Shown here one piece after another: positions 50,801 to 55,235 of a stretch of 55,235 bases of DNA. A program made the translations under genes and the position numbers. Position 1 is the first letter of the stretch; every line of letters starts with the position of its first letter. Source of the DNA: a virus; IMG/VR virus record IMGVR_UViG_3300015203_000003, positions 1 to 55,235 of that record, one strand, 5' to 3'. The notes under the pieces were generated by a model. The model had not been told where the DNA came from and did not search any database. It was given only the letters and a program-made list of their open reading frames with translations.

Positions 50801-51250
50801 CCCAGCCAACCCGGGATTGACGAAGATGGAAATTCGACGCTCCACACCACCGTCCACTCCGTCACCATCACCCCACAGATGCGCGAGGCGATACAGAAGG
50901 GCCAAGCGCAATTCATGCCGAACGAGGGACCGCCGACCGGGCTAGATTCCTCCTTGCCGCACCCGCTCCGACTCGCCGCCAAAGCCATCGGGCTCATTGA
51001 CGGACGCTCATGGGGAGACGCCCGCCAGTTCACCGCGCCCGAGAACGAGAAGCATAAGGCGTTCACCTTTTACCTAATGAACGGCGAGGGGCCGTCGAAG
51101 CTGCGCGAACGGTACGAGGAGAAGGCGGACCAGTTTGCAAAAGACGGCCAACCATTGCCCGCCGCTCCCAAAGCTCCACAAGCCCCATCCGCACCGACCG
51201 CGCCACCCGTGGCCGACACTCGCCGCTTTAGTGCCCTTCAATTCGCATGA
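44840..51250 (+). CDS. Giant (2136 aa) virion-associated, polyvalent-type protein
   Basis: Single uninterrupted ORF. N-terminal FDPDxFL repeats, Gly/Ala-rich hydrophobic zippers, and a C-terminal block (SSHWDEPNVLAHIR...IEEIQSDWHQKG, FKKTWAELAFKRAL...IAWTPGQIQ) that recalls modules of large polyvalent phage/plasmid proteins. Confidence 0.6.
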   Translation: MAFDPDAFLGAQKQAEAPAAGFDPDSFLKSDRQPLVQAPSFDPVSYYGESPSKERMATAVAVSKERANNATFMGDAASFGKGLVEGIPSAVAGLAKGVGGLAKGAYDQIAGTPEEAARDRAEAVAAAQAGAVQGFHGLKNALTLPARLMHPDRDLSDQEWEDRINDQAAYNSTLNEIKNGGLKGWAQNLAQSPEELAKAGVPVRPENVDQMSFIGDPRTYLLGPAADVAGPLIGRAITAPILKTAAKAVGGVAEAAEPATGTLGTLAGLGYALHSASPLTAGLVFAGRMAGKAAPGLAKMLGEAGEEAAGIAPPEIQSLGAKAFKAGATGAVTGGVLGLPYAAGADTPEEAGAAIGGGIGLGGAIGAAGGIKNARAIDIAGKAGALEREGAAKTYGNAWDAVSQQYMAQLPAEAQRAINVFKGRYNGMQTANGDPVEIHVAGGADYQRAMAENLPGKQGADSRGFISKDGNKIFLNADYGKAPGGAYETMSHEAGGHLTEFLADISQKQDISTLRDALKSSLYDSTSAAPKTGFQRFIDTQKAALKKGGASPQLLSSLDNGYFEREFLAQTAVKILQGQNIAEFSLPPSIKARIMTGARRWMRSQGVMPERGADIGFGGKEISEITDQMRNILYKQGAQSEALRTDRAKNGEPPAKIGARMRQLERILAQPPTASSTTEEAKTFQDAQKEYEKLKALTAPSTFPAAGPAPVSPGAPHAPAPAVPAAGPAPDTQTLMARSDALDALRSKALQGVVPKEQHEARVDAAITAAQQAGIPITADNLLTHATTGRFQDAKPTISPPAGEKAKFTDESGTPRIVTGVSDQAPRVGDIVATRDGEIRRVTSALGGTIDTARPIDPLNARGTKTHKAGDYIVLNHDYDQTTPAAPAAKPSFTIEQKNGVWNVVNEKGEVIKGGLADEAAARRSMGQLLRVKKSIPGIPEHPAGAHDSIAAINDLGGILSKGRAPANVSGSYDDQPQIMKSGIYNRLMSDNADHTPDEVARLLDAEGIGDGTVSGLWQTIERDIKSRQSLRAQMDAEQRRQRINPNEPIPTVPAQPATPVESGGVAVAAPAAENIPAQTNPNPGLSEALNTAADEAERTMRASPEFARLKGGTKNTKEQRQAQEIARARLDAMAKAHAGTVPANSSLVTLKTDRFNRTGIYGQTINTSDPFHQELLNRAGYGPADIQRLAEIQKNLGRPIGIEYLSAPETPGAKAEFEGLDARQQIAELRRRAQAQSTAQDRAAGDSAVRRVAKSIVPEEIVFNPESNSFSVRGFSPDKFFSNVKKALPWLKAHGIDSYSGVNDPQLITDLNGIAENHAYGWRGKGDAPVTGTPYYPTKPTEGYKPYTGGDNPETWKDRFDVLNAMIGDTTAYDLNDKGDPKKGNPKDAEARKAKQVLARLNSPFFDPDTGEVNRVREMIRKSGDFKFSEASGFEHDGPNVLETARETLKPDLIERVGPPDIKNEHTLRPSGLQDGVVAKIEDVPRSDFTAAGFMPVEHEAQDSEVDSLGFYSKLRNVIASKVPNRAQPAQIMATLRSAGVKQEEMDSTGLPEWLKSQGGPVTKQEIQDFVKGGGVQLHEVQKGGVKPKASAPLSAWMQQYNSDPQTTGDWMKQSARLEKVGQQWQAGGNTAKANQFFDLAEESNRLAEDLETPSGGSGVTKFSQYVLPGGSNYKEVLLTLPEKSNQPQAERLKFAAEMTKKYGTDGFYPKLTDAEKARFNAISDTAQSVNFKSSHWDEPNVLAHIRQADHTDTEGNKVRLIEEIQSDWHQKGRKEGYRPEKEKQLSDMVSERDELSQRMASLEKNSQEYINLWEKRSDIQSKINDLGNGSVGVPDAPFKKTWAELAFKRALRMAVDDGVNKIAWTPGQIQSERYSLEKHVSDIYAKPTDGKFDLTVNAKDGTTIYDTARTGPVEASKLSDLVGKEMAQKIVEQKGEHTYSGLELKVGGSGMKGFYDQILPSFVSKYVKPMGGKVETTQLQTGAPSPSQPGIDEDGNSTLHTTVHSVTITPQMREAIQKGQAQFMPNEGPPTGLDSSLPHPLRLAAKAIGLIDGRSWGDARQFTAPENEKHKAFTFYLMNGEGPSKLRERYEEKADQFAKDGQPLPAAPKAPQAPSAPTAPPVADTRRFSALQFA

Positions 51251-52596
51251 ACCTGAAATCAAAGACGGTACTGGTGTACGACCAGGGGGCCTATATTCAC
51301 ATTTGCTCGGCACTCGTGGGTCACTTCGATCGGGTACTCCTCTACGTCCCGTACCAAGAGCAATGGCCCGGCAGCTACCGAATGCTCATCGGGACCGGCA
51401 TCCCCGGAGTCGAAAGAATCTGCCCGCTGCTGCCCGGCAAAAATAAGGGGCTGGACTTCTGGGACGTGGTGAAGGACGTGGACCTGTTCATCTTCCCCGG
51501 TGCTGGCAGTGGGGATATTCAGGAGGAACTTCGCCGGCAAGGGAAACGAGTCTGGGGTTCGGGCCACGGTGACGACCTTGAGCTTTTCCGGTTCGAGACG
51601 AAGGAACTGCTGAAAAGCTTGGGCATCGAGCAGGCCGGTTACGAGAAAGTGATCGGCACCGAGGCGCTGAAAGCCCGGCTCAAGAACGAGAGCGGCACGA
51701 AACACATCAAACTCTCTGGCGGCCGAGGCGACCAGGAAACCTTTCACCACGAAGGCGATTACCGGGTAACGGAGGGCGTGATCCAAAACCTTGAAGGCCG
51801 TTTTGGGGTGAACCTGCTCAGGAAATACGAGTTCACCGTCGAAGACGACATTCCGGACGCCATCGAGATCGGTTCCGATCAATATTGCATCGATGGACAA
51901 TGGCCCCCGGAAATCACGGTCGGGAACGAGATTAAAGACTGTGGCTTCTGGTTGACCGTCATGGCGCTGAAGGATGCGCCGCCGCAAGTCACGCGACTCA
52001 TGCACGCGCTGGCGCCCCATCTGAAAAAGTACGGCTACAGGAACTTCTTCTCCACCGAAACGCGGGTGCCGAAGAAGGACCCTTCGAAATCGTACCCGAT
52101 TGATCTTACGGCCAGGATCGCCAGCCCTCCAGGTGAAACGATGATGCAAATGGCGTCGAACTGGCCGGAGATTTTCTGGTACGGCGCGGAAGGCATCATG
52201 GTCCCGATGAAGTTCGTGGCCAAGTTCGGCATCCAAGCCATGATTTCCTCCGAATGGGCGGGCGACGATTTGCAGGCCATCTACTTTCCGAAGGAACTGG
52301 AGCCGTGGGTTAAACTGCGCAATTCCTGCATGGCCGATGGCATCCACTACGTCATTCCCCAGCCGAACAAGATGCACGACATCGGGTACGTCGTGGCGGT
52401 GGACGACGATCCTCTCAAAATGGTCAAAGACCTGAAGGAGCGCGCCAGCCAGATCAAAGGCCAGAGCATCAAAATCAATATCGACAAAATCCCCGAGGCG
52501 CTTGCCACGGCGCACGAGGGGGAGAAAATGGGCATCAAATTCGGGAGCGCAAAACTTCCCGAGGTTGCCGAAGTGGCGAAAATCGTGAGAGGATAG
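51247..52596 (+). CDS. PurD-like ATP-grasp ligase
   Basis: ATGA overlap with the giant gene. The motif order matches PurD: KTVLVYDQG, VDLFIFPG...RVWGSG, HIKLSGGRGDQET, EFTVEDDIPDAIEIGSDQYCIDG, YPIDLTARIASPPGE. Confidence 0.6.
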   Translation: MNLKSKTVLVYDQGAYIHICSALVGHFDRVLLYVPYQEQWPGSYRMLIGTGIPGVERICPLLPGKNKGLDFWDVVKDVDLFIFPGAGSGDIQEELRRQGKRVWGSGHGDDLELFRFETKELLKSLGIEQAGYEKVIGTEALKARLKNESGTKHIKLSGGRGDQETFHHEGDYRVTEGVIQNLEGRFGVNLLRKYEFTVEDDIPDAIEIGSDQYCIDGQWPPEITVGNEIKDCGFWLTVMALKDAPPQVTRLMHALAPHLKKYGYRNFFSTETRVPKKDPSKSYPIDLTARIASPPGETMMQMASNWPEIFWYGAEGIMVPMKFVAKFGIQAMISSEWAGDDLQAIYFPKELEPWVKLRNSCMADGIHYVIPQPNKMHDIGYVVAVDDDPLKMVKDLKERASQIKGQSIKINIDKIPEALATAHEGEKMGIKFGSAKLPEVAEVAKIVRG

Positions 52597-52603
52597 GAAA
52601 ATT

Positions 52604-52873
52604 ATGAGCGATCAAACCGAACAGAAGAAACTCACCCCCGAGGAATTGAAGGACATCTGCCTGCAACTGAAAATCCCCGAAACCGGCCACATCGAGACGG
52701 ATAACCTTATCCGCCGCGCCCGATTTTTGGATCTGATGCAAGCCTCGCTTGGTCCACTCATACCGAAACTCAAGACTGTGGAAGGCTCCCCTCAAGGGCT
52801 TGACCCCGACCTGTGCCACAATCTCACGGCCCTGGCCGAGGAATACGCCCACGACCTTTTGCCGAGGAAATAA
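52604..52873 (+). CDS. Hypothetical protein
   Basis: 89 aa. TAATG overlap downstream. Confidence 0.5.
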   Translation: MSDQTEQKKLTPEELKDICLQLKIPETGHIETDNLIRRARFLDLMQASLGPLIPKLKTVEGSPQGLDPDLCHNLTALAEEYAHDLLPRK

Positions 52874-53394
52874 TGAGCGCAGACCGCGATGATCTTGCGG
52901 GGCAGAACCCGGCGGCATGGGCGGCTATGAAAAGGCAGGAGGCCAAGGCTTTTCGCCGAATCATCATCGAGGTAATCCCTCACACGGAACAGCGCCTTGG
53001 ACAGCCCGGGGATTGGTACACAGCGGCAGACGGGACGCGAGTGGTTCGAGTGAGCGACCTTGGAGACTGGCGTTTCAACTACCTTCTCGCCCGGCACGAG
53101 ATGGATGAGATGATGCTTTGTCAGCATGCCGGTATTTCCGTGGAGGCTGTGGACGGCTACGATTCCCGACCGGAGGCCAAGGATGACGATCCGGACAGCT
53201 TCTCCGGATACCCGGGCGCACCGTATCAGGAGCAGCACAATGACGCGATGGCTGCGGAATGGGTAATGTCCCGGCTCCTGAATGTGGCCTGGCAGAAATA
53301 CGGGGAGGCGTTCGAGAAACTGTGGCAGCGCAGGCCCGTGAAGCTGACGGAAGCGCCTCCTCGCAAAATGGTGGCCGATCAGGACAAAGGATAG
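52873..53394 (+). CDS. N4 gp49 / Sf6 gp66-like family protein (unknown function)
   Basis: HTEQRLGQPGDWYT, ARHEMDEMMLCQHAGISVEAVDGYD and GAPYQEQHNDAMAAE match my memory of that phage family. Confidence 0.5.
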   Translation: MSADRDDLAGQNPAAWAAMKRQEAKAFRRIIIEVIPHTEQRLGQPGDWYTAADGTRVVRVSDLGDWRFNYLLARHEMDEMMLCQHAGISVEAVDGYDSRPEAKDDDPDSFSGYPGAPYQEQHNDAMAAEWVMSRLLNVAWQKYGEAFEKLWQRRPVKLTEAPPRKMVADQDKG

Positions 53395-53416
53395 CCCGAA
53401 ATCTTTCCTGTTTTTT
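53380..53416 (+). terminator. Probable intrinsic terminator (imperfect stem + T6)
   Basis: CAGGACAAAGGAT / ATCTTTCCTG arms with two bulges, followed by TTTTTT. It overlaps the 3' end of the gene. Confidence 0.4.
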
Positions 53417-53420
53417 AAGC

Positions 53421-53449
53421 TTGTCACGGCGGACACAAAGTCCTAATCG
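53421..53449 (+). promoter_or_regulatory. Promoter-like element TTGTCA-N17-TAATCG
   Basis: The -10 ends 8 nt before ATG 53458. Lies directly after the probable terminator. Confidence 0.5.
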
Positions 53450-53457
53450 CCGCCCCC

Positions 53458-53721
53458 ATGACCGGCAATACTGGAAATCCCTTTATCTACGAGTGGGCTG
53501 GCAACCCGACCAACGCCAACATTAAGGCGCTGAATCCTCCCCAGGGAGCCCTCGTAATCGACACCACAACCGGCAACTGGTATCGAAAAACCAGCGCCGG
53601 GAACAACAGCGGCTACGCTCTGGTGAGCGATTCAAGCACCGCCATCATCGACCCCACCACGGGCTACGGCTACCAAATCACCATCAGCGGCGGCCAAATC
53701 GCAGCCACCCGCGTTTCCTAA
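53458..53721 (+). CDS. Fibre-anchor-like small protein, paralogue A
   Basis: The first ~50 aa (MTGNTGNPFIYEWAGNPTNANIKALNPPQGALVIDTTTGNWYRKTS) are closely similar to those of 54505..54804. Confidence 0.55.
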   Translation: MTGNTGNPFIYEWAGNPTNANIKALNPPQGALVIDTTTGNWYRKTSAGNNSGYALVSDSSTAIIDPTTGYGYQITISGGQIAATRVS

Positions 53722-53725
53722 TTCC

Positions 53726-54169
53726 ATGAAAACACTCCTCATTCTTCTCGCAGCCTGCCTCTTTGCGGCTCCTGTATTTGCTCAACAGATCGGCGGCAAG
53801 ATTCCAACGGAATTCATCGTCTCCGGCACCACCTCCCTTACCGGCACAGCGGGAACGATCGTTCCGATCTACACGCTACCGGCCAACGCTGGAAGCTACG
53901 TCCTCACCCGCTGCGACGTGGCGACAACCGCCGCTTCTGGAGGGACCGCAGGTGCCACCGTGGCCATCGTGTGCACCTCGGGTACTCTGAGCACCACCGG
54001 CACGACCTCGTTCAGTTCCAATACTTACGCTACAGTCCCGGTGCTCAATCCTGGAACCATCGTCGTCACGGGCACGACCGGCCAGACGCTTACGATGAAA
54101 ATCCTCACCTCGGGCACGGCTTCGATCCTCAACGGAGAAGTCACACTCAAGGGGTATTACCTGCCCTAA
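53726..54169 (+). CDS. Exported Thr/Gly-rich protein
   Basis: MKTLLILLAACLFAAPVFA/QQ resembles a signal peptide. The mature part is Thr/Gly/Ser-rich and beta-type. Confidence 0.5.
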   Translation: MKTLLILLAACLFAAPVFAQQIGGKIPTEFIVSGTTSLTGTAGTIVPIYTLPANAGSYVLTRCDVATTAASGGTAGATVAIVCTSGTLSTTGTTSFSSNTYATVPVLNPGTIVVTGTTGQTLTMKILTSGTASILNGEVTLKGYYLP

Positions 54170-54499
54170 ATGGGATTCCCGGACTCCATTCACCTCGGTT
54201 CCGTCTCGATTATCGGGAAGGCACCGGACGGTTCTGCGGTTCCACTGGCGCTCAACGCGGACGGCGGGATCAATTCATCCACCGTAACGCAGAACGCCGT
54301 GGGCGTGGGGGCGAGTGCGAGCGGCACGATACCGGCTGGCGCCAAGGGATGGTCATTCAAACTCTTGACCGGCACGGGGACCTTTGGCGGGATTGCCATA
54401 TCCGGCTCCTTTGCCGACTCTGATCCTGGAGTGCTGGCTGCTGCTATCGCGTACACGACTGCCGCGGGCTCCAGTGCCTACGTTCGCTACGGAACCTAA
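54170..54499 (+). CDS. Gly/Ala/Ser-rich hypothetical fibre-locus protein
   Basis: The start abuts the upstream stop. 109 aa. Confidence 0.45.
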   Translation: MGFPDSIHLGSVSIIGKAPDGSAVPLALNADGGINSSTVTQNAVGVGASASGTIPAGAKGWSFKLLTGTGTFGGIAISGSFADSDPGVLAAAIAYTTAAGSSAYVRYGT

Positions 54500-54504
54500 A
54501 ATCC

Positions 54505-54804
54505 ATGAAGGGGAACACTGGCAACGTCTACATTTACGAATGGGACGGGAATCCCACGAATGTCCAGATCGAGGCGTTGAATCCTCCGATTGGCGCCAAG
54601 GTAATTGATAGCATGACCGGGAATTGGTATCGGAAAACCTCACCTCTGAATGACAATTCTGGGTACGAGTTGATCGCAAACGGATCGTCCATAGGAATTT
54701 TTTACATCGGTCGGCATTCCCGATTTGTGCCAACCGGCACGGGCGTACGCCTTGAAACCTCGCCTGATGGCGTGACCTTTACCCCGCAGCAATCATGGCC
54801 TTAA
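54505..54804 (+). CDS. Fibre-anchor-like small protein, paralogue B
   Basis: MKGNTGNVYIYEWDGNPTNVQIEALNPPIGAKVIDSMTGNWYRKTS. It overlaps the fibre gene start by 10 nt. Confidence 0.55.
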   Translation: MKGNTGNVYIYEWDGNPTNVQIEALNPPIGAKVIDSMTGNWYRKTSPLNDNSGYELIANGSSIGIFYIGRHSRFVPTGTGVRLETSPDGVTFTPQQSWP

Positions 54805-55235
54805 AACGACTTCTTTTATTTCTCGTGCTCCTGATTGCCTGCGCATCGGCCTGGGGCAACACCACGATCTTGAGCGGCTCCGGTTCGGTTGTGCTCTCGG
54901 CGTCGGGTAGCGCGTTACAGGCGAATGGCCTGCCGGTCCAGACCGGGAGCAACACCTTCGATCCGCGCCTGACCGGCACCGGCGTGGCCGCGACTGGGGC
55001 CGGCGGCACGATCTTTTACACGAACGGAGTGCTGCCTGGGGCCCAGGTATCAGGCACCGTCCCAGCAGCCACGGCGAGCGGCAGTGCGACCGTCTCCGGC
55101 TCGGCAGCGCAGAGCGGCACGGCTGGGTACGCGGTGACGAGCGGCAGCGCGGCAACCAGTGGCACGGCAGCAACGGCTAGCGCCCTCTCCGGAACGAACG
55201 GCGCGGTGGCGGCGACGGTAACGGGCTCGAACGTC
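54795..55235 (+). CDS. Tail fibre protein, N-terminal part (open at the window end; continues at 89..1171 on the circle)
   Basis: ATG 54795 with no stop to the window end. Hydrophobic N-terminus MALKRLLLFLVLLIACASAWG, then Ser/Gly/Thr/Ala repeats. Confidence 0.75.
   Translation, partial: MALKRLLLFLVLLIACASAWGNTTILSGSGSVVLSASGSALQANGLPVQTGSNTFDPRLTGTGVAATGAGGTIFYTNGVLPGAQVSGTVPAATASGSATVSGSAAQSGTAGYAVTSGSAATSGTAATASALSGTNGAVAATVTGSNV
55148..55235. repeat. Terminal direct repeat, right copy (identical to 1..88)
   Basis: Base-for-base identity with nt 1-88. Confidence 0.95.

Noticed and set aside
44840-51250. The giant ORF as a tape-measure protein or an N4/crAss-type virion RNA polymerase
   Set aside because: There is no tail tube or chaperone-frameshift context for a tape measure. 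I found no DxDGD, T/DxxGR or similar polymerase catalytic motifs by eye. It is left as an unassigned polyvalent/ejection-type protein.
51259-52515. 418-aa minus-strand ORF antisense to the ATP-grasp gene
   Set aside because: The plus-strand product shows an ordered set of ATP-grasp motifs and ATGA coupling. The antisense product has no motifs and an Arg/His/Val-biased composition.

Overview
The window is a complete, circularly closed genome of a GC-rich tailed dsDNA phage, about 55.1 kb of unique sequence. The first 88 nt equal the last 88 nt, and a tail-fibre ORF runs in frame across that junction. Almost all genes are on the + strand.

Gene order:
- End of the fibre locus and a lysis cassette (0-4.2 kb).
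- Early genes: an RHH regulator, an ERF-type annealase with a YqaJ-type exonuclease, many small Cys-rich proteins and an HNH nuclease.
- Replication module: an initiator-like gene with an internal CCCAAGG repeat array, followed by a DnaC-like loader.
- A PD-(D/E)XK nuclease, SNF2 helicase and DNA methyltransferase block.
- A 3.18-kb IS1-family transposon with four passenger genes: a Panacea/DUF4065 antitoxin-like protein, a 295-aa unknown, a ParE/RelE-like protein and a small basic protein. It has split a small phage gene. The inverted repeats, the 8-bp target duplication and an in-frame reconstruction of the split gene are all visible.
- A tightly coupled eight-gene leftward operon (23.8-26.2 kb). 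It faces a rightward operon across a control region with GCGAACC/GGTTCGC operator-like repeats.
- TerS and TerL, a six-gene island, then portal, scaffold, major capsid and neck/tail proteins.
- A 2136-aa virion-type giant protein, translationally coupled to a PurD-like ATP-grasp enzyme.
- A fibre locus with duplicated anchor modules.

I recognised no tRNA, rRNA, CRISPR array, integrase, DNA polymerase or RNA polymerase.

A family of promoter-like elements (TTGnnn, 16-17 nt spacer, CAATAG-type -10) ends 8-9 nt before ATG codons, which implies leaderless mRNAs.

The best candidates for something new are the transposon cargo, the giant-protein/ATP-grasp cluster, the leftward operon and the promoter family.

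All family names come from motif recognition by eye, with no search run. Starts of ORFs shorter than 60 aa, and all re-assigned starts, were indexed by hand.
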